Source: an uncultured virus (IMG/VR IMGVR_UViG_3300035520_000906)
Taxonomy: Duplodnaviria > Heunggongvirae > Uroviricota > Caudoviricetes
Length of the DNA: 64,000 nucleotides
Strand: one strand, 5' to 3'
IMG/VR virus record: IMGVR_UViG_3300035520_000906
The first letter of the stretch is position 1; every line of letters starts with the position of its first letter. The notes below the pieces were generated by a model. The model saw nothing but the letters and a program-made list of their open reading frames with translations. It did no database searches and was not told the origin of the DNA. A program made the translations under genes and the position numbers. This document shows positions 1 to 9,182 of the stretch, piece by piece.

Positions 1-214
1 CTGATGATTCCATGTCTCCTAGCTGAATCCAGTCTACTGAATAAGTATATCCAGCTACTTCATCGCCTTCGATACTTAATTCTATGGTCACTGAATCTGA
101 TGTATTAAGCAAATCCAATACATCTTTGTTAGTTACTTGTGAATTTCCACAGCCTGCAAAAATCAATACTGCTGTCAACATTGGTAATACTAATCTTAAA
201 TGTTTTGCTTTCAT
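1..214 (-). CDS. Lipoprotein, 3' part outside window
   Basis: Read by hand: GGAGGAA RBS, then MKAKHLRLVLPMLTAVLIFAGCGNSQ (lipobox FAGC); frame stays open to the window edge. Confidence 0.75.
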   Translation of the reverse strand, partial: MKAKHLRLVLPMLTAVLIFAGCGNSQVTNKDVLDLLNTSDSVTIELSIEGDEVAGYTYSVDWIQLGDMESS

Positions 215-592
215 ATCTCTCTTTTCCTCCTGAAACTAAAAATACCAGCCACTTAGCTTAGTACTAAGTAGTTGGTAGTTACGATTGACTTGCTGATTAA
301 ATTGATGAATTACTAAATTGATGACTGACTGATTAACTAGCTTTTTAACTTACTATTCGCATTATTCATACTACTTTGTGCTTTTTAGCTATTTTTAATA
401 AGTCAACTCTCGTTTTTTGAGGGTTTTGTATCTTATTTCTAAATGCCTCTGCATTAAAATTTTAATATTTTAATTAAACATTTATTACCTATATGCCTAA
501 TAAATCAACATATCAAATTGACTTCTCATGCACCGTTACTTTTACATTAAAACAGTAAATGCACTTAAAAATACATTTACTGTTTTAAATTT

Positions 593-1015
593 TTATTTCA
601 TTTCCTCTTTTTCTTTTTGCTGTTTCCAAGCCTTCTTTTTTGCTCTCCAAGCCCGATTTCTTTCTAAGTTCTTTCCACCAATAGGGTTCATACAATTTGG
701 ATTTGCCAGAACTTCTTCTGCCTGCTCTTTACTGAAGAACAGTTCCTTTCCAAAATCACTAGTGTAGAATCTCTTAAGGTTCAAGCCTGCTAAGTCATTT
801 GTTCTTCCAGCCTCAAGAATTTTAAGGTCACATTCTTCATCCGCATTGCCGAGGCATACTTCTTCAATAATTCCCTTATTGACTCTGTCACCACGAATCC
901 AGTATACTGTATTTCCTTCTTTCAATCCTACACTATCTAATGCATTTGCTATTGCATTATCAACTTCTGTTGAGAAATTTAAGCCTATTCTCCGTTCTTC
1001 CATATTTATCTCCAA
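593..1015 (-). CDS. Hypothetical protein
   Basis: 140-aa ORF with a sigmaA-like promoter just upstream; no family recognised. Confidence 0.7.
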   Translation of the reverse strand: MEINMEERRIGLNFSTEVDNAIANALDSVGLKEGNTVYWIRGDRVNKGIIEEVCLGNADEECDLKILEAGRTNDLAGLNLKRFYTSDFGKELFFSKEQAEEVLANPNCMNPIGGKNLERNRAWRAKKKAWKQQKEKEEMK

Positions 1016-1053
1016 TTCTTTCTTTTATCTTTTCCATTCCTTATCATATATAC

Positions 1054-1083
1054 ATTATATCAGAAAAAAATTGAAAAATACAA
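1054..1083 (-). promoter_or_regulatory. SigmaA-type promoter
   Basis: Minus strand reads TTGTAT-18 bp-TATAAT with extended -10 TG, upstream of the 1015 start. Confidence 0.55.
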
Positions 1084-1105
1084 GAAAAATATAAATTTTA
1101 TTTTA

Positions 1106-1531
1106 TTAAACCTTTACATCGTCTTTTAACTCTTTTGTACAAATGTTAAGGTAGTCAATCAAGCTGTTACTCTGTTTCTCTATTAAATCATATTGTATTA
1201 AGTACACTTCTCCGCTTTCATTTATGATTACTTTTCTACTACTGATGCTAAAATTCTCAAGTACAAAGCAATTTGATGGAAAATACTTATTTTCTTTTCT
1301 TGCTTTCAATGTAGCTTTTACAACATTGTCTATTCCCTTTACATTTAATCCTGTCCACTTATGTACTCCAAAGTCAACATATCCAAAGTTCATAAGATAT
1401 TCTTTATATAGCTGTGGAAATCTTATATTTAATGTTTTCTCTGCACTATCAATGTCTGCTCCAGTACAACCATAAGATGTATTGTAAATTGCAATTTCTT
1501 TTATCATTTCAGTTATTGTATTACTTTCCAT
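1106..1531 (-). CDS. SMI1/KNR4 (SUKH) family protein
   Basis: GCTGADIDSAEKTLNIRFPQLYKEYLMNFG is the typical SUKH N-terminal motif; C-terminal NSLIDYL. Confidence 0.85.
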   Translation of the reverse strand: MESNTITEMIKEIAIYNTSYGCTGADIDSAEKTLNIRFPQLYKEYLMNFGYVDFGVHKWTGLNVKGIDNVVKATLKARKENKYFPSNCFVLENFSISSRKVIINESGEVYLIQYDLIEKQSNSLIDYLNICTKELKDDVKV

Positions 1532-1553
1532 CTTTAAATTCCCCTCTACTTAT

Positions 1554-1805
1554 TTAACCGATGTACCAAATATCGTCTTCTATAATTCCATGCTCATCAG
1601 ATGATAAACACTGAATACAGTCATCTTCATCAACATGATGATATGAGTATGAGTTAAATTTATTATCCTTATCACTATCAATGAAATCATCAATACATTT
1701 GTTTGCTTCTTCAGCACTATTAGCTGCTATTAAAGCACTACCACCATAAGGTCCATCCGCATACATTTTGTATACTTTGTATCTTTCTTCCATTTCATTG
1801 TCCAC
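1554..1805 (-). CDS. Small hypothetical protein
   Basis: 83-aa ORF tightly packed in an operon. Confidence 0.65.
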   Translation of the reverse strand: MDNEMEERYKVYKMYADGPYGGSALIAANSAEEANKCIDDFIDSDKDNKFNSYSYHHVDEDDCIQCLSSDEHGIIEDDIWYIG

Positions 1806-1812
1806 CCTTAGT

Positions 1813-2097
1813 TTAATTTGTTTTCTCTAAAAAATCTTTGAAACTTTCATACTCCATTATTGTTCTAGCTTTATTCTCTTCAAATTCTTCAGGATTCGTA
1901 TAAATGATTTTCGTTGATGTTATTGTAAGTTTTTCAGATTCGTTTACAAATTCTATTGTATTTAGTAAAAATTTATTACCACCCGTTTCCTTATGATATG
2001 TAATATCTACTGAACCCTTGACTACATTACTTAATAATGTATCATACTTCCATATTGCTTCGATTCTGTTTGTTATTTTAAATGCATCATCCATCAC
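1813..2097 (-). CDS. Hypothetical protein
   Basis: 94-aa ORF tightly packed, GGAG upstream. Confidence 0.65.
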   Translation of the reverse strand: MMDDAFKITNRIEAIWKYDTLLSNVVKGSVDITYHKETGGNKFLLNTIEFVNESEKLTITSTKIIYTNPEEFEENKARTIMEYESFKDFLEKTN

Positions 2098-2127
2098 TCT
2101 TTATCTACTCCCTTCTTCTTACCTGTT

Positions 2128-2556
2128 TTAATAAAATTTAGTTTGTCTAAATATTTTTCTTATCTGTTCTTTCCATTCATCAGATTGGCATAATCCTAAA
2201 TATTCATTTAAACTATCACAAACTAACATTGGTTTTCTTCCATATCTAAATGCTAGTACTTTATCATCACTGCTAAGTAGTATCATATCATGAAGGTTAC
2301 CTGTGTATTCAAGTACTAAACAATCTGCTGGAAAATCACTTGTATTTGCTCTTTCCTCAAGTGTAATATGTAATGTATTAAGTTTCTTATTGTCACATAT
2401 TCCAAACCACTTGTGATTGTTAAATTCCATTGCTCCAAGTCTTAATATAAATGATTTATATATCTCTGGAAATGTAAATCCCAGTTGTTTCTCTGCTTCA
2501 GCTATTTTTTCTTCATCACATTCATTATAATAGTATGCTGCACCATCAATTCTCAT
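2128..2556 (-). CDS. SMI1/KNR4 (SUKH) family protein
   Basis: CDEEKIAEAEKQLGFTFPEIYKSFILRLG ... DSLNEYL; paralogous to 1106..1531; GGGAGG RBS. Confidence 0.85.
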   Translation of the reverse strand: MRIDGAAYYYNECDEEKIAEAEKQLGFTFPEIYKSFILRLGAMEFNNHKWFGICDNKKLNTLHITLEERANTSDFPADCLVLEYTGNLHDMILLSSDDKVLAFRYGRKPMLVCDSLNEYLGLCQSDEWKEQIRKIFRQTKFY

Positions 2557-2628
2557 CTGTTAACCTCCCAATTATTCTAAAATTTACCTCTTATACTTAT
2601 ATGTTGTATTTCATGTTTATTAACATAA

Positions 2629-2667
2629 GAAAGGGTCAAACACTATATTTCAATGTTTGACCCTTTC
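2629..2667 (-). terminator. Intrinsic terminator hairpin
   Basis: Perfect 14-bp stem GAAAGGGTCAAACA/TGTTTGACCCTTTC downstream of 2697..3377. Confidence 0.7.
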
Positions 2668-2696
2668 ATCTATATGGAGCTACCCCTCTCCCAATT

Positions 2697-3377
2697 TTAA
2701 GTTGTTGCAAATGAACCATTGTAATTCCCAATCACTTCTGTCTCATCTAATTTGTCTGCTGTATTGTCATCTGCTATTGATATGTCTCCTAAAGACATAC
2801 TACTATTTAGCACTCTTTCTACTTCATGCTTGATTGCTAATCTTGTAATGATAAGTTTTGACCTTACTCTGCTGATAATCTTTTCTGCTTTCACAATCTC
2901 CAAAATAGCCTGTACAATTCTATCTTGAAATTTCTTATCTGTAATGTACTCGTAATCTTCATCAAGTATTGCAAAAGCATATCCAATGTCAGTTTCATTT
3001 AATGGAAGTACAATTCCTTCAAACCCTTTGTTTTCCATTAGATACTTACATGTAGTATCCATCTTGTTGTAGTAAACATCCACTAAACCACTCAAGTTGT
3101 CGGTCAATCTTGTCTGTATCATTACACAATCTGGTTTTGAAGTAAATAATATCTCAAGTCTATTACACAGTTTTGTATGTAAAACAATATTATTATCATC
3201 ACTTGATATCTTCGTTACTCTCAATACTTTCTGTGTATTATTGCTTACATCTGATGTTTCCTCTGATGATTCCAAATCTAGGTCTGGATTATTTCCATTT
3301 ATAAGGTTAATAATAGCTAATGTTTTGCTGTCCATATTTGCCATGATGCCCTTCATCCTCCTGTCTCCTGAACTCAA
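2697..3377 (-). CDS. Hypothetical protein
   Basis: 226-aa ORF bounded by hairpins; true start may be the internal MKGIM. Confidence 0.7.
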   Translation of the reverse strand: MSSGDRRMKGIMANMDSKTLAIINLINGNNPDLDLESSEETSDVSNNTQKVLRVTKISSDDNNIVLHTKLCNRLEILFTSKPDCVMIQTRLTDNLSGLVDVYYNKMDTTCKYLMENKGFEGIVLPLNETDIGYAFAILDEDYEYITDKKFQDRIVQAILEIVKAEKIISRVRSKLIITRLAIKHEVERVLNSSMSLGDISIADDNTADKLDETEVIGNYNGSFATT

Positions 3378-3415
3378 AATAAATCTAAAAATTATACCTT
3401 ATATACTTAAATGTT

Positions 3416-3456
3416 AGAGGATTAAGCACCATATAGTTAATAGTACTTAATCCTCT
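3416..3456 (-). terminator. Terminator-like hairpin
   Basis: Stem AGAGGATTAAG/CTTAATCCTCT immediately after the stop of 3467..3922. Confidence 0.6.
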
Positions 3457-3466
3457 TTTTCATTTC

Positions 3467-3922
3467 TTATGCTGTTATTAATTCTAACTGCTCTAGCTGT
3501 TTAGCTATTGCTGTCACTGAGCTACCAATTTCTTTCAGTGATGCTTCATATGTTCCTTTTACTTCTTCAACTGCTTCTTGATACACTAAACCTTTACTAT
3601 TGAATAATATTATTCCTTTTGGATCTATTGTATCATTTATTCTTAAAGATGCTTCATATACTTTAACTGCTGAAACATCTTTTACTTCTTTTGATGGTCT
3701 TAACAATATCTGTGCCATTATACCTTTTTCTACAATGTAAAACACAACTGAATACTTGTTATTCATCTTAGCTTTTACTGCTGTCACATACTTTAACTCT
3801 GTGTCACTGCCATCTTCCTTGAAGTCTCTGTTTTTATCTATTGCTGTTTTTAATTTCTTAACTGTTTCTTTTATACTGTCCTGTTGCCCCATCTTTTCTT
3901 TCTCCTGTATCTTATCTAGCAT
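3467..3922 (-). CDS. Hypothetical protein
   Basis: 151-aa ORF; no family recognised. Confidence 0.7.
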   Translation of the reverse strand: MLDKIQEKEKMGQQDSIKETVKKLKTAIDKNRDFKEDGSDTELKYVTAVKAKMNNKYSVVFYIVEKGIMAQILLRPSKEVKDVSAVKVYEASLRINDTIDPKGIILFNSKGLVYQEAVEEVKGTYEASLKEIGSSVTAIAKQLEQLELITA

Positions 3923-4020
3923 TCTTTTGTCCTAACCTTTCATCTATATTGTCTTATCCAAGCTGCCTGTTTATATTGACACCAAAGATGCTATTCCCTA
4001 TTTTATTCTGTCTTATTTGT

Positions 4021-4242
4021 TCATCTAATTACACTTCCTATTAACCATGCAATTCCAATTAGTACTGCTAATATAGATAAAACACTACTGTTTCTTTTGT
4101 TTAATCCTATGTCAGCTATTCCTAATGTTAAACCAACAGGAAATGTAAAAATGATTATTGATAACACCAATGCTACTAATCCAGTTTCCCTACTGTCTTT
4201 CTTACTTATCATGGATGTATTGTTTATTTTCTCAACGCCCAT
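4021..4242 (-). CDS. Small membrane protein, DUF4190-like
   Basis: GLVALVLSII...VGLTLGI...SILAVLIG two-TM pattern; AAGGAG RBS. Confidence 0.6.
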   Translation of the reverse strand: MGVEKINNTSMISKKDSRETGLVALVLSIIIFTFPVGLTLGIADIGLNKRNSSVLSILAVLIGIAWLIGSVIR

Positions 4243-4333
4243 TATATCATCTCCTTTTTAAATTTTTAAAAATCTACTTCTTAATCATCAAGGAGATAAA
4301 AAAAGGGAACTTGGTTACTGTCTAATTGTCTAC

Positions 4334-4711
4334 TTATTTCAACGTGTATGTAGCTTCTGCTATTATATTGTTGTCACTTTCCAATCTTAGTTTTATTGGC
4401 AAACTTGATATGTTTTGCCATCTTATTTCCAGATCCATTGTTTTTAAACTGTAAAACTGTCCTTTTCCATCTGTTCCATTCTTACTCTCTACTGTTATAA
4501 TTGTTTTAATGAATCTGCTTCCTTTACTTAATCTTGTTATTATTGCAAATAAATTATTGTTTACATATATCTTTACATTATGCCAATCCTCATTAGTAGT
4601 ATTGTTCACATGTAATATATAATTCTGTTTCTTCGTTATTACAAATGTTTCAGTTTCTTTGTTAGTTGTTTTACCTTTTGTATCCTCCATTTCATTCATT
4701 TCATTATTCAT
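4334..4711 (-). CDS. Hypothetical protein (beta-rich)
   Basis: 125-aa ORF, GGGG/GGAGG RBS candidates. Confidence 0.6.
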   Translation of the reverse strand: MNNEMNEMEDTKGKTTNKETETFVITKKQNYILHVNNTTNEDWHNVKIYVNNNLFAIITRLSKGSRFIKTIITVESKNGTDGKGQFYSLKTMDLEIRWQNISSLPIKLRLESDNNIIAEATYTLK

Positions 4712-4759
4712 TTTTTATCCCCCATACTGTTATACTCTTTTTATATACTGTTCTCTGTT

Positions 4760-5052
4760 ACCCTCTCAACTAGTTTTAAAATTTTACTAACTAGTCTCTT
4801 TCTTTATTAGTGTTTAAATTTTTTAGTATAGTTGTTATGTGATTTTTCATATTTGCATCATAGCTTTCACTCAACTAGTTCTTTCTTTTCACTCAACTAG
4901 TTCTTTCTTTTCACTCAACTAGTTTATCTTCTTTATTTGTACTGTTTTATTTTAGTTGTTACTGTTTAAATTTTTTAGTATAGTTGCTATGTGATTTTTC
5001 ATAGTTGCTATGTGATTTTTACTCACTAGTTTAACTTTTTCACTCAACTAGC
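4760..5052. repeat. Intergenic ACTAGT-core repeat cluster (22-bp unit)
   Basis: TTTCACTCAACTAGTTCTTTCT x~2.8 at 4865-4925; ACTAGT at 4769, 4790, 4874, 4896, 4918, 5025 and ACTAGC at 5047; duplicated block TGTTTAAATTTTTTAGTATAGTTGYTATGTGATTTTTCATA. Confidence 0.9.
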
Positions 5053-5172
5053 TTTGTTATAGAAATTTGAAATCTTCTTGAAAATTTCATCTGTATAATT
5101 CATTTTCTACAGTTGTTTACTTCATTTATCCTATATGTTTAATTATTATTAAGGTATATGTTTTATTTTTTA

Positions 5173-5580
5173 TTAGATGAAGTTTTCTTTATACATCTTA
5201 TGTATTTTATCCTCTGTTGACATTGTATCTAATAAACCATCTATATTGTCTTTTGATTTACAATATGCTATATAGATATTATCTACATCTGACTCTCTTA
5301 GTTTGCTTATGTCTTCAATTAAAACATCCCTTGACATATTTGATACAGCTTTGCTCAAAACTTCTCTTTCTTGTATATCCTTATTATATCCCAGTATTGT
5401 ACAATTCAACCACAGTATTCTTAGTCTTTCTATTGGTATTGTTCTTAAATGTAGTTGTTTAAATAAACCTCCATTTGTGCTTGGATCTGAATTTTTTACT
5501 GCATTTTCTTTAGTCATTATGATTGTTGTAATAACTATTGCTGCTATTAAAACAATCAAAGTTGCTAGTAATACTATCAT
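5173..5580 (-). CDS. N-terminally membrane-anchored hypothetical protein
   Basis: Hydrophobic N-terminus MIVLLATLIVLIAAIVITTIIM; GAGGAG RBS. Confidence 0.7.
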   Translation of the reverse strand: MIVLLATLIVLIAAIVITTIIMTKENAVKNSDPSTNGGLFKQLHLRTIPIERLRILWLNCTILGYNKDIQEREVLSKAVSNMSRDVLIEDISKLRESDVDNIYIAYCKSKDNIDGLLDTMSTEDKIHKMYKENFI

Positions 5581-5652
5581 TAGTTGCTCCTCGTACTTTC
5601 TGCATTTGTTATGCTTTAATTTTAAGTTGTTCTTTTATTATTTCCTATATGT

Positions 5653-5922
5653 TTAAAATGGATTATTCAGTTCAAAACTTACACATGTACCTGTACTACA
5701 CTCTTTTCCACCTTTGACTTCTTTAATTATATATGGTATTCTATTATCTCTCATTAGTTTATCAAACAACTCTAATGCTTGCTTTTTATTGTTTGCTATC
5801 ATAACTGTTACACAGTTTCTTCTTTCTCCACAGTTGTATTTATCTACTACATAATAAATTAAATACATTTTACTACTGCCACCATATATTCCATTACTAA
5901 GTATTTGCTCTATTTCTTTCAC
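5653..5922 (-). CDS. Hypothetical protein
   Basis: 89-aa ORF, GTG start after GGAG. Confidence 0.6.
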   Translation of the reverse strand: MKEIEQILSNGIYGGSSKMYLIYYVVDKYNCGERRNCVTVMIANNKKQALELFDKLMRDNRIPYIIKEVKGGKECSTGTCVSFELNNPF

Positions 5923-5940
5923 TGTTATTCTCCATATCTT

Positions 5941-6105
5941 TTAAAGTATCTCTGATGCTTTTAGTCTCTTGACTTTTTCATCTATGCTTTCTTCAGTTGG
6001 TGATGTTTTTAATTTTATCGTACTGTTATTTTTCTGCTGTTTTAGAAACTCTAGGTATTTTGTTTCTTCTCTATACTGTTTTGTGAATACTTCTAGAATG
6101 TTCAT
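5941..6105 (-). CDS. Small hypothetical protein (54 aa, not in ORF track)
   Basis: Read by hand: GGGAG RBS, MNILEVFTKQYREETKYLEF...KASEIL*; fills the gap between neighbours. Confidence 0.55.
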   Translation of the reverse strand: MNILEVFTKQYREETKYLEFLKQQKNNSTIKLKTSPTEESIDEKVKRLKASEIL

Positions 6106-6130
6106 CTACTTTCTCCCTTGCAACTTCTCT

Positions 6131-7126
6131 CTAATAACCTATTGCATTTTCATTTATTGATAAGATTTTGTTTCTTGTTTCATCTGATAAACTATTAATT
6201 CCAAAGGCATTGTCTGCTATAATAGTATTGTCTGATATATTTATATCCTCTAAATCTATACATAAATCAAATGCACTTGTTCCTATACTTATTGATTCAT
6301 TCTCTAAATTTACTTTTCTTAAATAAGTACATGCGAAGAAAGCTTGTGTACTTATGCTCTTTACACTTTCTGGTATTGTTATTTCCTCTATTGATGTACA
6401 AGAAAATGTTGATGGATTTATATTTGTTAAAGATGTTGATAATTGAACTTTCTCTAAACTATTACAATTTAGAAATGCACTATGTCCTAACTTTGTTACG
6501 TTATTTGGAATTACTATTTCTGTTAAATTATAACAATTGCTAAAAGCATATTTTCCTATGTATTCTAAGCTATCTGACAATGTAACATTCTCTAAATGTG
6601 TTAAGTTTATAAATGCATTATCACATGAAATAGATGTTATTCCATCCTCAATTATTATTGTTTTTATCTCAAATCCGTCTGCTTCTGTATAAACCTCTGA
6701 TAAGTCATAACTACTGTTATTATTGTCATTAGAATTAACTGTCTCTGAGGTTGCTTCAATCCATGGGTTTTCTGTTATCTCTCCTGTACCTGTTATTACT
6801 AATGTGTTATCTTTGTAATAATACTCTGCATTTTCTCCACATGAACCGCTGAGTTCTGATTTATCTGTGTTAAAGATTGATGTGATAGTGTCTACAACTG
6901 TTTTACTACCTTTCTCTGTGCTTGTATCTGTATTTTCATTATTGTTAGCAGCAGTTTCTACTTCTTCATTTGTAGCATCTGATATACTATTGCTACTCTC
7001 AATTTCATCTGTGCCTACATTCTCACTTTGTACTGTTTTATTTTCTGTATCTGTTGCTCCACAACCTATTAAAGTTATGCTGAGTGTTAAAATTAGAATT
7101 GTTGTTGCTAAAGTTTTGAGCTTCAT
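6131..7126 (-). CDS. BspA-type leucine-rich-repeat (LRR_5) lipoprotein
   Basis: Lipobox LIGC; repeats such as LEYIGKYAFSNCYNLTEIVIPNNVTKLGHSAFLNCNSLEKV. Confidence 0.9.
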   Translation of the reverse strand: MKLKTLATTILILTLSITLIGCGATDTENKTVQSENVGTDEIESSNSISDATNEEVETAANNNENTDTSTEKGSKTVVDTITSIFNTDKSELSGSCGENAEYYYKDNTLVITGTGEITENPWIEATSETVNSNDNNNSSYDLSEVYTEADGFEIKTIIIEDGITSISCDNAFINLTHLENVTLSDSLEYIGKYAFSNCYNLTEIVIPNNVTKLGHSAFLNCNSLEKVQLSTSLTNINPSTFSCTSIEEITIPESVKSISTQAFFACTYLRKVNLENESISIGTSAFDLCIDLEDINISDNTIIADNAFGINSLSDETRNKILSINENAIGY

Positions 7127-7234
7127 TTATAATCCCCTTGTTTCTACTTTTCTATATTACTGTTTTTTAGTTTTGTTTATCTCCATTTACTGCTGTTTCT
7201 TTTCTTATGATGTTTTACTCTTTTCCACTTGTTC

Positions 7235-7465
7235 CTATCTCTCCACATCGTTGTTTAAGCTCCTATTTTCTAGTGTATTTACTGGTTTCAAGTACTGCAT
7301 TGCTTTGGAAATATCAACTTCATCATTATCACCTAAACTTGATGTGTTGTCAAGTTTTCCTTGAATGATTTGAATTGATTTTGAATGTTTTAGATTATAT
7401 TTTGTTACTGCTATTGTTATTATCGTTAGAAATGATAATTCAATGATTATTACTATTATGCTCAT
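7235..7465 (-). CDS. Small single-TM protein
   Basis: Hydrophobic N-terminus followed by a polar tail. Confidence 0.55.
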   Translation of the reverse strand: MSIIVIIIELSFLTIITIAVTKYNLKHSKSIQIIQGKLDNTSSLGDNDEVDISKAMQYLKPVNTLENRSLNNDVER

Positions 7466-7556
7466 TATTTTCTACTCTTTCTTATTTTTAATAAGGAGGA
7501 AAACAAAAGGATGGATGATATTGTTCAACTTTTTGGTTTGTTTTACTCTTTGGTCT

Positions 7557-7856
7557 TTATGGTAATTGTAAACTTTTGATTGTGTTTCTATATTGTTCAT
7601 AGGTTGATATTGTTTTTGTTGGTGTGTTTGATAATCTATCTATGCATGCTACACTTTTTACTCTTGCTGTTACACTTTTTACTCTTGCTGTTACACTTTT
7701 TACTCTTGCTGTTTCACTATCAACTTCTGTGTTATTGTTATATAATTCTATAACTGCCTCATCCTTGTTAGTTGTTAATTGATAAAATTTGTATATGAGT
7801 AATACTGTGCTGGTTATGAAGAATAGGGTGAAAAAGGTGATTATTAAAATTTGCAT
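7557..7856 (-). CDS. Small single-TM protein with internal TARVKSV x3 repeat
   Basis: Hydrophobic N-terminus, AGGAG RBS. Confidence 0.6.
   Translation of the reverse strand: MQILIITFFTLFFITSTVLLIYKFYQLTTNKDEAVIELYNNNTEVDSETARVKSVTARVKSVTARVKSVACIDRLSNTPTKTISTYEQYRNTIKSLQLP
7651..7713. repeat. 21-bp coding tandem repeat x3
   Basis: ACACTTTTTACTCTTGCTGTT at 7651, 7672, 7693 (exact copies). Confidence 0.95.
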
Positions 7857-7884
7857 TGTATTGATTTCTCCTAACTTTTACTCT

Positions 7885-8046
7885 CTATTCTAATTTGTTG
7901 TGCCACTTGGTAAAGGTTATAGTGTTGATGGATAGGTCAGTATCTGTATAACCTAATCTGGGAAATGTGGATGCTAGTAGGTTACATGTACAAAAGTATA
8001 AACATATTGCTGTTATGATTATTGTTGTGATGATTAAGATTATCAT
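7885..8046 (-). CDS. Small single-TM protein (53 aa, not in ORF track)
   Basis: Read by hand: MIILIITTIIITAICLYFCTCNLLAS...HNKLE*, AAGGA upstream. Confidence 0.5.
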   Translation of the reverse strand: MIILIITTIIITAICLYFCTCNLLASTFPRLGYTDTDLSINTITFTKWHNKLE

Positions 8047-8078
8047 ACTCTCTGTTTTCCTTTCACTTAATTTATGTT

Positions 8079-8801
8079 TTAATTGGCTGTGTTGAGCTTT
8101 ATTATAAAATGTATAAGTTTGTTAAACAATCTACTATTGTTACATATTTTATTTAGGAGTATACTATGATTTCTCATTCGTTCAATGGCTTGTATTTCTC
8201 TGTATGACCTTTTATATACTGTTGTATATAAGTTTAATAAATTAGTATCATTGTTTAATATTTGCAACATTACTTCTTCTTTGGAGTATAAAAGAAATTG
8301 AAGATTGTTTATCTCTGTGGTTCCCTTGTATACTGTGTTAAACTTTTCTAGGAGGTCATATAAAAATCCATGCTTTAGACTGTAATAAATAAATTGTAAT
8401 AAGTGTTTTATATCTGCTAAAGTGACTTTTTCGGTTTCGCTGTTGCTTTCAGCATTGGTTTCACTGGTGTTATTTTCACTGATTTTGAAAACTCCTAGTT
8501 TTGTTTCTGCATCTAATACTTGTTGATATAGTGTTGCTACTTTATTACTTAGCTTGTTACTGAAACTTGGAGTGTTTAAGTATATGCTGTATTGTACTTT
8601 TGATTTATCGTTTAAACTATCTTCAACGTGTATCTTTATTCCATACCAAGCTTGGTCTAATACTACATTTGATGTTTTATCTATATAATTCACTAGCACT
8701 AACATTGAGTCTGTGCTGTCTAGGTTATTTGTTGCTATGTCACCATGATCTGCTACTTGGTATTCTAGGTTATTTATATTTATTTTTGATTTTCTACTCA
8801 T
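8079..8801 (-). CDS. Hypothetical protein carrying the YSKEE array motif (outlying member)
   Basis: EINNLQFLLYSKEEVMLQILNND closely matches array members such as 30145..30936 (KVNNLELLMYTKQEIIEHILLND). Confidence 0.75.
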   Translation of the reverse strand: MSRKSKININNLEYQVADHGDIATNNLDSTDSMLVLVNYIDKTSNVVLDQAWYGIKIHVEDSLNDKSKVQYSIYLNTPSFSNKLSNKVATLYQQVLDAETKLGVFKISENNTSETNAESNSETEKVTLADIKHLLQFIYYSLKHGFLYDLLEKFNTVYKGTTEINNLQFLLYSKEEVMLQILNNDTNLLNLYTTVYKRSYREIQAIERMRNHSILLNKICNNSRLFNKLIHFIIKLNTAN

Positions 8802-8819
8802 GTAATCCTTTCTATTGTG

Positions 8820-9182
8820 CTATTGCTGTTTTGTTTTGGTTTTTGATGTGTGTTTGTCTAGAAATAACTGCAACTTGGTTTTATCAGCTGTTAAACTATC
8901 TCCTATGACTACACTTAATTCCCAACCTGTTGCTAGACCTAATCTTTGTATGTTAGAATTGAGAATTTCAGTTGCTATGGATTTATCTAACTCTGTTCTG
9001 AATACATATGATGGTTTTACTACTCTTAGTTCTAAGTTTTTATTATATTCACAAGCTGCTATTGGTTTATTTCTAGTTGAGTTTTTGTAAATTACTAATG
9101 TTGTTACACCTAACTCATGCTTCTTGTTTGTATTCTCTTTTATAAAGGTTTCTAAAAATTGTTGTACTGTCATGTGATTCAT
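8820..9182 (-). CDS. Hypothetical protein
   Basis: 120-aa ORF, AAGGA RBS. Confidence 0.6.
   Translation of the reverse strand: MNHMTVQQFLETFIKENTNKKHELGVTTLVIYKNSTRNKPIAACEYNKNLELRVVKPSYVFRTELDKSIATEILNSNIQRLGLATGWELSVVIGDSLTADKTKLQLFLDKHTSKTKTKQQ

Noticed and set aside
1813..2097. Possible YSKEE-family member (TKIIYTNPEEFEE)
   Set aside because: Spacing differs and the downstream hydrophobic helix pattern is missing.
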